From positions 87,482,001 through 87,546,000 of the forward strand of contig OX597824.1 in NCBI GenBank assembly GCA_951406725.2: 64,000 nucleotides of DNA, given 5' to 3'. Source of the stretch: Octopus vulgaris. Its lineage: Eukaryota. Below are positions 40,022 to 51,440 of the stretch, piece by piece (positions within the stretch are counted from its first letter, which is position 1; each line of letters starts with the position of its first letter). The translations under genes were made by a program, and so were the position numbers. Below the pieces are notes generated by a model. It was given only the letters and a program-made list of their open reading frames with translations, was not told the DNA's origin and searched no databases.

Positions 40022-40425
40022 GGTGCTGGAGTGGCTGTGTGGTAAGTAGCTTGTTTACCAACCACATGGCTCCGGGTTCAGTCCCACTGCGTGGCACCTT
40101 GGGCAAGTGTCTTCTACTATAGCCTCGGGCCGACCAAGGCCTTGTGAGTAGATTTGGTAGACGGAAACTGAAAGAAGCCTGTCGTATATATGTATATATA
40201 TATATGCGTGTCTGTGTGTCTGTGTTTGTCCCTCTAGCATTGCTTGACAACCGATGCTGGTGTATTTATGTCCCTGTTACTTAGCGGTTCGGCAAAAGAG
40301 ACCAATAGAATAAGTACTGGGCTTACAAAAGAATAAGTCCCGGGGTCGAGTTGCTCGATTAAAGGCGGTGCTCCAGCATGGCCGCAGTCAAATGACTGAA
40401 ACAAGTAAAAGAGTAAAGAGTAAGA
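40022..40425 (+). mobile_element. SINE family A copy (CABIN1 intron 1)
   Basis: Full-length, near consensus. Confidence 0.88.
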
Positions 40426-40862
40426 GATCCATAATTGTTCTTTTCTACTCAAACCATCCAACCCATGTCAGCATGGAAAATGGATGTTAAATGATTATGA
40501 TGATCTGAAAGATTTATGAAGGAAGAATAATAGCATTTAGTGGTGTTCATGCCTTTCTCATTGTGTTTAGCCATGTTTCCTGAGTTTCTTAATATTCTTG
40601 TCTTTTGTGTTTGGAAAAATTTTAAGGAAAATTAGTTAGCGATGATAATTAATTATGTAAATACATGATAAAATGGACTGTAAAAAAAGATGAATGGTAC
40701 CACATGTGATGAGGGACTCAGGGAGCCATTCATAACCCCATTGTTATATAATCATCTCATTCATATTCGTTCTATCTATTGTCCCCTCTGTGGTGTCCTG
40801 TCTGTCCTCCTCTATTTTGGGCCCTTGTGGCTAATAAAGAAACAGAGAATAGTAGAGCACCA

Positions 40863-41270
40863 GGATCTTTTTAGTTTGAACGGCAGTTTTTTCTAGCGGT
40901 GTCATATGAAATTGTCACCCATAATTATGACCCTAGTATTGATCTATTGCATTTCTATCTGTTTTAGTGTTAGGGGTGAGGGGAAGGGTACCTTTTTTTT
41001 TTTCTTCAGAAATGTAAATAAACCCAATCTGTTTCTTAAACGAGGGACATATTCATACGGCACAGAATGGTTTTTACCTCAATAGACGTCATTGATTGGT
41101 AGAAATTGAAGAAACAAAAACAACAAATATCTTACAAACTATAGAATTTTCTCAATAAAGCCAAGAGAAAAAGATGTTTTATAAACACATTCTGCCAGTA
41201 TACGAAGTTTAAAAGTGTTTAGTTACGTGGAAATTATTTTAAAAAACTGCCAGTCAAACCGAAAAGATCT
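40863..41270. mobile_element. TIR MITE with 8-bp TSD (possibly Merlin-like)
   Basis: TIRs GGATCTTTTTAGTTTGAACGGCAGTTTTTT / AAAAAACTGCCAGTCAAACCGAAAAGATCT; TSD GAGCACCA on both sides. Confidence 0.8.
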
Positions 41271-41429
41271 GAGCACCAAACTAACTGGCTTGCAGTGTTT
41301 TGTTCTGTGTTCTTAGTTGAACCCTTTAGCTTTTAAACCAGCCCCACCCAACCCAAATATTCTACCTGTTTTATGTCCATCTGGTCAGATCTGGCCTTTC
41401 ATACCTACCCTAAAAAGTGCTGGTTGTGT

Positions 41430-41815
41430 TACTCTACTCTTTCTCTTTTACTTGTTTCAGTCATTTGACTGCGGCCATGCTGGAGCACCGCCTTTGGTCG
41501 AGCAAATCGACCCTGGGACTTATTCTTTGTAAGCCCAGTACTTATTCTATCGGTCTCTTTTGCCGAACCGCTAAGTGACGGGGACGTAAACACACCAGCA
41601 ATCGGTTGTCAAGCAATGCTAGGGGGACACACACATACACATATATATACATATATACGACAGGCTTCTTTCAGTTTCCGTCTACCAAATCCACTCACAA
41701 GGCTTTGGTCAGCCTGAGGCTATAGCAGAAGACACTTGCCCAAGATGCCACGCAGTGGGACTGAACACGGAACCATGTGGTTGGTTAGCAAGCTACTTAC
41801 CACACAGCCACTCCT
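41430..41815 (-). mobile_element. SINE family A copy, antisense (CABIN1 intron 1)
   Basis: Reverse complement of the family consensus. Confidence 0.88.
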
Positions 41816-41927
41816 GTTGAGTCATAAAATTTTGTAGTGACCCTTTTCCTACCAAATTTAGCCTTGTACTTATTCAAAAGAAAGAAATAATTTTAAAGTT
41901 TTTTTTTTTCTCTCTCTTTCTTTTTAG

Positions 41928-42014
41928 ATTCGAATATCAGCATTAAATGACCACGAAAGTGGCGACTCGGATGACTCGTCCGATGACATTCTTTCAATTA
42001 CAAAAGAGGCTCAG
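41928..42014 (+). CDS. CABIN1: CABIN1 exon 2 (IRISALNDHESGDSDDSSDDILSITKEAQ)
   Basis: Polypyrimidine tract + tttag acceptor, gtaagt donor, 87 nt; resembles cabin-1 MIRIAALN...TKEAQ. Confidence 0.95.
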
Positions 42015-43216
42015 GTAAGTCTTATTTTCATTTTAATAGTTGTGAGAGAAAAGAGGCTGAGTTGCACGTGTCTTGAGGAAGCTGGGCTTCAGAGCAAGAC
42101 GTTGACATCTGTGTGCTGAAGAATGGCTGCAATACAATAAGTTGATGATACAGTATCATCATAATTTTTCGAGCCCCATGCTTGTAGATTGCTAAGAGCA
42201 ACATCCGAGCATGATCGTTGCCAGAGCGGCTAACTGGCTTCTGTGCCGGTGGCATGTAAAAGGCACCATTCGAGCGTGATCGTTACCAGCGTTGCATTAC
42301 TGGCACTTATGCCGGTGGCATATGTAAAAAGAGTCGAGCGAGGTCATTGCCAGTACCTCCTAACTGGCCCCCGTGCCAGTGGCATGTAAAAGCACCCACT
42401 ACACTCTCGGAGTGGTTGGCGTTAGGAAGGGCATCCAGCTGTAGAAACTCTGCCAGATCAAGATTGGAGCCTGGTGCAGCCATCTGATTCACCAGACCTC
42501 AGTCAATCATCTAACCTATTCTAGCATGGAAAGCGGACGTTAAACAATGATGATGATTTTTGCTGAGATTGAGTTACCAATGCTACAGGTATACAAAGGA
42601 AAATTGGAAAGAATGATTTGCATATATGCTGTCCAAACATGGCATTCAAAAGCAGCAGTTTCAATGAAAACTTCTATGCTAACTCTCGTAACCTGATTTG
42701 TTTTTTCTCACTAAAGACATGTACGAATGCAGGTGGTGAGTTGGCAAAAACATTAGCATTCCAGGTGAAATGCTTACCGGTATTGCGTCTGCTGTTACGT
42801 TCTGAGTTCAAATTCCGCTGAGGTTGACTTTGCCTTTCATACTTTCAGGATCGATAAATTAAGTACCAGTGACGCACAGGGGTCAATATAATCGACTTAA
42901 TCTGTTTGTCTGTCCTTGTTTGTCCCCTCTGTGTTTAGCCCCTTGTGGGTAGTAAAGAAATAGGTATTTCTATCTTGTAGTACCTGTTTTTAATTAGATG
43001 GACTATGCTAGTTGAGATTTAAAGTGTCTGTAGAGCAGAGATGATTAAACATATTGTTAATGTTGATATTGATAATTGAAAAAGTCTTGATATATTTTAT
43101 ATTGTTTCTCAACACTTGCAGTTTTCTCTTTTTTTTTCGTTTTCTTTTTTCTTTTGTTGTTTCTGAAAACCATTTTTGCCTGTAAATTTTATTTGTATTT
43201 TTCAAATTATTTGTAG

Positions 43217-43330
43217 GAATCCGAAGCTTACACTGTATACAATCAAGCTCTTAACCTTCAAATAGAAGGGGATTTTGATAAAGCAGAAGAAACCTTTGAG
43301 GACCTCTTAGAACAAGACTTTCTGTTGGAG
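43217..43330 (+). CDS. CABIN1: CABIN1 exon 3 (ESEAYTVYNQALNLQ...LLE)
   Basis: tgtag acceptor, gtatgg donor, 114 nt, TPR-like helix. Confidence 0.95.
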
Positions 43331-43496
43331 GTATGGAAACTTCTTTAGAAACAAACCTTTTTTTACCCCTTACATTTAGGTGACTTTTTGATAAATTTCA
43401 TCTCCAGACATCATCAGCTGTTTTATACCTGTATGTGTGCATCATAACAAAGTGAACTTGAACTAGGAACTTACATTTCTCAACTAAGGTTTCCTA

Positions 43497-43749
43497 CATT
43501 ATTTAGATTTGATGGATATTTGTCCTCATCTTGTTTGTTGTTAACACGTTTCGGCTGATATACACCCCAGTCTTCATCAGGTGTCTTGGGGAAATTTCAA
43601 ACCTGGGTTCTCATTCCTAAAGTATTTTTCAATATTATTATTATTCAGGTCACTGCTTGGAATCGAACTTGGAATATTGGGGTTAGTAGCCCGCGCTCTT
43701 AACCGCTATGCCATATGCCCGTAAATAATGTTCATAATTCTCCATCTCT
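43497..43749 (-). mobile_element. tRNA-headed SINE-like element carrying a hammerhead motif; 5'-inverted insertion with 12-bp TSD
   Basis: Minus-strand A box TGGCATAGCGG (43703-43713), B box AGTTCGATTCC (43659-43669), CTGATGA...GAAAC (43543-43585); flanked by TAAGGTTTCCTA direct repeats; paralogue at about 6057-6220. Confidence 0.7.
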
Positions 43750-44792
43750 TAAGGTTTCCTAGTTCAAATTCAGTCTGATAGCACGTATAGATCTAGGAAT
43801 GTTATTTGATGACAATCGGATCATACTGATTGGAACATAGATGTAAATATGAAAAAGCAATAAGCACCATCATGCATGGGTTGTTGCCAGTGCCCTGACT
43901 GGCTCCTGTGCCAGTAGCACGTAAAAGGCACCAACCAAACGTGGCTGATGCCAGTGCCACCTGACTGGCTCTCGTGCCAGTGGCACGTAAAAAGCACCTA
44001 CTACAGTCTCGGAGTGGTTGGTGTTAGGAAGGGCATCCAGCTGTAGAAACACTGCCAGATCAGACTGGAGCCTGGTATGGCCTCCTGGCTCGCCAGTCCC
44101 CAGTTAAACCATCCAACCCATGCCATCATGGAAAACGGACGTTAAACGATGATGGTCTCTAAAGATGAGCTCAATTGTCCGAAACATTATCTCATAGGCT
44201 ACATAACATTTTTTTGTATGATTAACCTTAAGAATTCGAAGCAGCCAAGATATTCTGTTTCTTTTATGTTTAAGCTGGCCAGATCCAACATTTCACACCA
44301 ACTCTACAATGTCATAGTAAAAATAAATAATCACATCATTGAAATCTCAAAGCTATGAGATAATGTATGATTAATTCAAGACAATGTGAATAAATAAGCA
44401 TTACATTTGACAGAATAATTTGAATGCTAAAAGATTAAATGTTTTAGAATATGGCACATTCAGTTCATATGTAACAATAATGTGAATGGGAGGAGGGAGA
44501 AGGTCGACAGGGCAGACCCCCTCGTGGACCAGCATTACCAGTATGGTTGTACCGCCTGACTGGCCCCGTGCCAGTGGCACGTAAAAAGTACCCACTACAC
44601 TCTCAGAGTGGTTAGCATTAGGAAGGGCATCCAGCTATAGAAACTCTGCCAGATCAAGATTGGAGCCTGGTGCAGCCATCTGGTTCGCCAGCCCTCAGTC
44701 AAAATCGTCCAACCCATGCTAGCATGGAAAGCGGACGTTAAACGATGATGATGTTGGAAATGATATTTTAGTATAAAATGTTTATATTTCAG

Positions 44793-44930
44793 GCAAACAG
44801 GATAGTAGATGAAGAGGGTGATAATCCTGTTCACCCTGGGCTTCAGATGCTTTATTCAACCTACAAAAACTTAGCTGCCATGGCTCACAGACGCAATGAT
44901 ACTCACAGAGCTATCCAATATTTTTTGAAG
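44793..44930 (+). CDS. CABIN1: CABIN1 exon 4 (ANRIV...HPGLQMLYSTYKNLA...YFLK)
   Basis: ttcag acceptor, gtaatt donor, 138 nt; conserved HPGL/YSTYKNLA. Confidence 0.95.
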
Positions 44931-46429
44931 GTAATTATTAAATTTCCTTTATAAAATGTTTCTATTTTAAAAATACTGCCATTTCAATAACTATAGTTAC
45001 GTTTTCTTTTACTCGATGGAAAGGTCTTTGTCTGCTTTGATAATTTAATTTTCACTCCACTGAAAAAAACTGGTGACATTTTTAGTTAAGAAACTAATAT
45101 TTATAAACATCGATGATTGGCATCCGTGCTAGTGGGGTGCAAAGAGCACCATACGAGTGTGATCGTTGACAGAGTGGCTAACTAGCTTCCATGCCAGTGG
45201 CACATAAAAGGCACCATTTGAGTGTGATCGTTACTAGCATCGCCTTACTGGCACTTGAGACCAGTGCTAGTAGGGTGCTAAGAGCACCATCTGAGCGTGA
45301 TTGTTGTCAGAGCGGCTAACTGGCCTCTGTGCCGGTGGCATGTAAAAGGTACTATTCGAGCGAGGTCATTGCCAGTACCGCCTGGCTGGCCCCCATGCCA
45401 GTGGCGCGTAAAAGCACCCACTACACTCTCGGAGTGGTTGGCGTTAGGAAGGACATCCAGCTGTAGAAACTCTGCCAGATCAGATTGGGGCCTGGTGCAG
45501 CCATCTGAGCCCTCAGTCAAATCGTCCAACCCATGCCAGCATGGAAAGCGGACGTTAAACGATGATGATGATGATGATGATGACTATATGGATCCCCTGT
45601 ATGCTAAAAATAGACATCAAGCCGTCTTACCACTAAATCTGTGTTCTCAACTTAGTAAGACGCTAGATGTTTACGAGCTAGACAAATGAAAAGAAATAAA
45701 CACAGCACTTAATTCCATAGTTTATGGTTTCGACAGGAACAATTCAATAATTATCCGAGTTTCCTCAGTGAAATCGGTGCTGACACAACAATGGAACTGG
45801 ACACCACCCGTCTCCGTGAGAGGATACGAATGTATAGAATTCCAATATCATGTCTTTTAACTTCGATTCAAATGCCCTCATACTAGCGCTCTAAGCCAGA
45901 AAATAATTGCAGTGAATCAACTGGCAAGAGAACACAGATATATGAAATTAAATAATTGCAGCATGGAAGGTGTTTATAAGCCATTTAAGAAACACACAAA
46001 ACCGTTAGATTCACTTCAACATTTCAATTTAATTTGTCAAAATATTTTCGTCGCTTTGAGACTGCGGCCTGTTCCCTGACAAAACTTTGTGCTGCATCTC
46101 TAAACACCTTCCACGCTGCAATTGTTTTCGTTCCAGCACATGACCTCAGATCAAGTCACTCGCTATGCAAGTACATCTCTGAAATTAAATAATAAGAGTA
46201 GAAATTAATATTATTAAACAATATTATTAAATCATATCAATTTCAATTAGTGGTCAGCATACTTAAAAATGTCCGAGGACCGTCAATTATATTTAAATAT
46301 AAACGATATGAGAGGTCACTATATGGATCCTTTGTATGCTAAAAATAGATGTCAAACCGTCTTACCTCTAATATTTAATTATTTGAGTTTATTACATTTG
46401 TGCTTATAATTCTGTAATTTCTATTTCAG

Positions 46430-46531
46430 GCTGTCACAATTGATGAAACTGAAGTAACAGTTTGGTATAAAATCGGCCTCATTGCTCTTGAAATTCATAA
46501 CTATCAACTGGCAGCTTACTCTTTTCAGCAG
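46430..46531 (+). CDS. CABIN1: CABIN1 exon 5 (AVTIDETEVTVWYKIG...SFQQ)
   Basis: ttcag acceptor, gtttgt donor, 102 nt; WYKIG TPR motif. Confidence 0.95.
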
Positions 46532-47328
46532 GTTTGTGTCCTCCATCTCTCTCTCTCTCCTAAATTATATAAAAGAACAAAAATTCCTATTCTATTTGAG
46601 CTGGCAGAAACGTTAGCACACCGGGCAAAATGCGTAGCTGTATTTCGTCTGTCGCTACGTTCCGAGTTCAAATTCCGCCGAGGTAGACTTTGCCTTTCAT
46701 CCTCTCGGGGTCGATAAATTAAGTACCAGTTATGCACTGGGGTCGATATAATCGACTTAATCCCTTTGTCTATCCTTGTTTGTCCCCTCTGTGTTTAGTC
46801 CCTTGTGGGTAGTAAAGAAATAAATATTTTAAGATTTAACATAAGATACAATTTTTCAATTTTTTTAAAATTCTCTAATATCAATAAATTTCATAGGTGC
46901 ATGTGTGATTAAGAATTGCTTCCCAACCATATGGTTTCAGGTTCAGTCCTGCTCTGTGGCACTTTGGGCGAATATCTTTTATCGTATCCCCAGGCCAACC
47001 AAAGCCTTGCGAGTGGATTTGGTAGACAGAAACTAAAGCCACCCTGTTGTGTGTGTGTGTGTGTATGTTTGTGTCTCTTTACCTTGACATTGTGTGAATA
47101 TTCTAAATTAATGTCATTTCCAATATTCTGCAAAAACATGTCTGGCCTTGGGAAAATATTTAAAAAATACCTTTTTTTGGAAATAGGTATGGGTTGTTGA
47201 TGAGAAGGGCATATAAAATCTGCCTCGGTAAATTTCATCCAACCCATACAAGCATAGAGAAGTAGACATTAAAATGATGATGATGATGATGAATACTAAT
47301 AAATCTCTTTTTTATTTTCACAATTTAG

Positions 47329-47407
47329 GGTCTTAATTGCAACAAAAACCATTGGCCATGTATGGACCACCTGATCACAGCCCTCTATGTATTGAATGAT
47401 TATTGGA
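47329..47407 (+). CDS. CABIN1: CABIN1 exon 6 (GLNCNKNHWPCMDHLITALYVLNDYW)
   Basis: tttag acceptor, gtaagt donor, 79 nt, ends in phase 1; HWPC motif. Confidence 0.95.
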
Positions 47408-48120
47408 GTAAGTATTTGGTTGTTTGTGGTTTTTTTAAATCATATTTAGAGAAATTTAATATTTTGGGTGTTTCCGTTAAAATTCTTACTCTGGATGGAA
47501 TTCATGGCTGTGTGGTAAGAAGTTTGCTTCATAACCTCGTGGTTCCGGGTTCAGTCCCACTGTATGGTGCCTTGGGCAAGTGTCTTATAGCCTGAGACTG
47601 ACCAAAGCCTTGTGAGTGGATTTGAAAGATGGAAACTGAAAGAAGCCCATCACACACGAGCATTTGTTTGTGTGTCTGTTTGTCTCCCACCACATCTTGA
47701 TTTACAGTGTTTTTGTGTTTACATCCTTGTGACTTGGCAGTTCAGCAAAAGAGCCCAATAAAACAAGTAGCAGGCTTAATTTTTTTTTTATGAAGAACTG
47801 TAGTCATGGCACCTGTGAAATCGTAGTTGTGGCCATTGCCAGTGCCATGTAAATGGCACCGATGCTAGTGGCACATAAAAAGCACCCATTACACTCTCGG
47901 AGTGGTTGGCGTTAGGTAGGGGCATCCAGCCATAGAAACCATGCCAAATCAATCTGAGACCTGGTGCAACTCTCCAGCTTACCAGTTCTAGTCAAACTGT
48001 CCAACCCATACCAGCAGGGAAAGCAGATGTTAAATGATGATATGTGTACGTATATGTGTGTGTGTGTATAAATATATATATATATATATATTTTCATATA
48101 TGTAATTTCTCTTTTTGCAG

Positions 48121-48250
48121 CTTGTCTGAAATATATTGGGTCTGCTCTTGAGAAAGATGCAGAATACATGAAAGCAATTTCTTTTCGAGATCAGATATTT
48201 TCAGAACAACCTTCTTTGCGGACGGAGTCCAAGATGTTCTTTGCCAACTG
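48121..48250 (+). CDS. CABIN1: CABIN1 exon 7 (TCLKYIGSALEKD...IFSEQPSLR...FAN)
   Basis: tgcag acceptor, gtaaat donor, 130 nt, phase 1 to 2. Confidence 0.95.
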
Positions 48251-48428
48251 GTAAATATTTGACATTTTGCAACATTTTTACTTTCTCTTAGCAACTCCAC
48301 TACTGTCAGTATTTTGTTTGTTGTCTTAGTGTTGTTGAGAGTAAACCCTAACCCTAACCCCCTAATTCCAAAACCCTCACCCTAACCCTTTTTTTTGCCT
48401 GATTCAAATTCTAAAATGTGTTTTTCAG

Positions 48429-48477
48429 TGATCCTGTGGTGCTGATGACTCATGCTGACAAAGAAGAGAAGAATGAG
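48429..48477 (+). CDS. CABIN1: CABIN1 exon 8 (CDPVVLMTHADKEEKNE)
   Basis: ttcag acceptor, gtgagg donor, 49 nt; restores frame between exons 7 and 9. Confidence 0.88.
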
Positions 48478-49953
48478 GTGAGGAACTGGCATTATTTGTT
48501 TGTTTTCGTTCGTTTATGTTTTTAATAATCATTATTAAGAAAGATGGATGGCAGAATTGGTAGAGCAGCAGGAAAATGTCTTGTACTATCTAAGTCACTA
48601 TATTCTGGGTTCAAATACTTCTAATGTCAGTTAGGAGCAGGTATGGCTTGTTTCCTAACCATGTGGTCTCAGGTTCGGTTACATTGTGTGGCATCTTGGT
48701 GTGAGTGTCTTCTATTATAGCCCCTGACTGACCAAGCCTTGTGAGTGGATTTGGTAAACAGAAACTGAAAGAAGCCCATCACACACACAAGCATGTGTGT
48801 GTGTCTGTTTGTCTCCCAACACATCTTGATTTAGTGTTTTTGTGTTTACATCCTTGTAACTTGGCAGTTCAGCAAAAGAGCCCGATAAAACAAGTAGCAG
48901 GCAAGAGTCTTCTACTATAGACTCGGACCGACCAAAGCCTTGTGAATGGATTTGGTAGATGGAAACTGAAAGAAGCCTGCCGTGTGTATATATATGTGTG
49001 TATGTGTATATCTGTCTGTCTGTTTGTCCCAGCTACCATCGCTTGACAACTGATGTTGGTGTGTTTACATCCCCATAACATAGCAGTTCTGCAAAAGAGA
49101 CTGATAGAATAAGTACTAGGCTTACAAAGAATAAGTCCTGGGGTCAATTTCTTTGACTAAAGGCGGCGCTCCAGCATGGCCGCAGTCAAATGACTGAAAC
49201 AAATAAAAGAATAAAAAAATCAATATTATTAGCAAGATACCCAAACACTGGCACAGGTATGGCTGTGTGGCTAAAAATCCTGCTTTGCAAGCTTATGGTT
49301 CTGGGTTCGATCCCACTGCATGGCATCTCAGGCAAGTGTCTTTTACTATAACTGTGGGCCAACCAATGATTTGTGAGTGGATTTGGTTGACAGAAACGGC
49401 ATGGAAGGCGGCAAGCTGGCAGAAACGTTAGCATGCCGGGCGAAATGCTTAGCAGTATTTCGTTTGCCGTTACGTTCTGAGTTCAAATTCCACCGAGGTT
49501 AGCTTTGCTCTTCATCCTTTCAGGATCGATAAATTAAGTACCAGTTATGCACTGGGGTCGATGTAATCAACTTAATCCATTTGTCGGTCCTTGTTTGTCC
49601 CCTCTGTGTGTAGCCCCTTGTGGGCAATAAAGAAATAAGAAACTGCATGGAAGCCCATTTTATGTGTATTTGTCACTCTCCCCCATTGCTTGCTAGTTGG
49701 TGTTGGTTTGATTATGTCACTGTAACTTAGCATTTTGGCTAAAGACACTGATAGCATAAGCACCAGGCTTAAAAGAGGATTAAGTACTGAGGTTGATTTG
49801 TTTGACTAAACTGTTCCAAAATGGTCCCCTAGCATGGCTGTTCTCCAATGATTGAAACAAGTAAAAGATAAAAGATTGAAAACGTTTGTTTTTTTTGAAG
49901 TTGTAATAAATAAAACAAAAAAAAAACTTCATTGAAATATTGTGTATTTCCAG

Positions 49954-50054
49954 TACATAAACGAAGCTCTGGAAATGAGGAAGATACGTCGGGAATTGGC
50001 TTATGTTCCACCACCATCTCCACTCACTCTCCCAAAACCTATTCTAGAATATAG
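49954..50054 (+). CDS. CABIN1: CABIN1 exon 9 (YINEALEMRKIRRELA...PILEY)
   Basis: tccag acceptor, gtaagt donor, 101 nt. Confidence 0.92.
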
Positions 50055-51373
50055 GTAAGTATTGACACCATGACACCTCTTCACCGTTATCCTCTTTCTT
50101 TTCCAACTGAGTAACCATGTGTCTCCTCTACAGCAAGACACCTGCTTCTGTCTCTCTATCATACTTTAACCTCTCATCATTTGGCATTAAGCCACTGCTC
50201 TCAATACTACCCTGCCCCCTCAGCTGAGGGCTCTTGTCTTATAAATTACTTGGTGACTTCACAAGTGCCAGTGCCTTGTATAAAGCCCCCAGTAACTCTG
50301 TGTAGAAGGGTATCCAATAAAGAAACTGTTCCAAATCTTAGCACTGTCCTCTGGCTTGCCATCTCCTATTGAACTGGTCACCCCATACCAGCATGGAACA
50401 CAGACGTTAAATAATGATTATGATTAAGAATATGTCTTAATCTAGGAACCAGCACAGCTGCTGTTTGGTTAAAGGGGCAAAATTTGTAATCCCATGGCCA
50501 GGCATTTGAATGCTTCCACAGACATTCTGTTGGGCTGTGTTATGCAGTTCATCTCAGTTCAGCATGAATTTGATTTTTATATTATAAGAAGCATCTCCAG
50601 TCATAACATCAGTTACTGCAACAATAGGCAGATTTATATATTTTTAAAAATCATCTCACCCTTTGTAGTGTGGGGAAAAAAATGTGTGTGTCTGTTTGTC
50701 TCCCACCACATCTTGATTTAGTGTTTTTGTGTTTACATCCTTGTAACTTGGCAGTTCAGTAAAAGAGCCCAATGAAACAAGTAGCAGGCAAGTGTCTTCT
50801 TCTATAGCCTCGGGCCAACTAAATCCTTGTGAGTGGATTTGGTAGATGGAAACTGAAAGAAGCCCGTTGTAATATGTATATATATGTTTGTGTGTCTGTG
50901 TTTGCCCCCCAACATCGCTTGACAACCGATATTGGTGTGTTTACATCCCCATCACTTAGCAGTTCGGCAAAAGAGACCGATAAAATAAGTACTAGGCTTA
51001 CAAAGAATAAGTCCTGAGGTTGATTTCTTCGACTGAAGGTGGTGCTCCAGCATGGCCACAGTCAAATGACTGAAACAAGTAAAAGAGTTAACACAGAACT
51101 CACTCCATTCTACTTGAATGTAGGTACGATCCTCAGTATTCACTATTCGACTACCGACTATTAAACCACACACATCGAACTAACATCATCAACTATCCCA
51201 CCACTGACAGTTCATTCAGTTCTTAGTTATTTTAATCAGTTAGTCCACTTTCAGTCACAGGGGGGTGTTCAGGATTCTCCCATTAACCTAAATCTAAAAA
51301 CTCATCATTTGTATCATTATGTCATGGCCTTAATAATAGTTTTTCACTGATCATTATTAACCTTTAATTTCAG

Positions 51374-51440
51374 TTGGAAATGTGTTGGGGAATGTCTTTT
51401 AGCTTTGTATGATGAAATAGTCCACAGTGAACCACGAAAG
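51374..51440 (+). CDS. CABIN1: CABIN1 exon 10 (SWKCVGECLLALYDEIVHSEPRK)
   Basis: ttcag acceptor, gtatgt donor, 67 nt; resembles cabin-1 TWKCLGESLLAMY. Confidence 0.95.

Noticed and set aside
43645-43720. Functional tRNA-Ser(ACT) gene
   Set aside because: The acceptor stem does not close and the sequence continues into a repeat body; interpreted as a SINE head.
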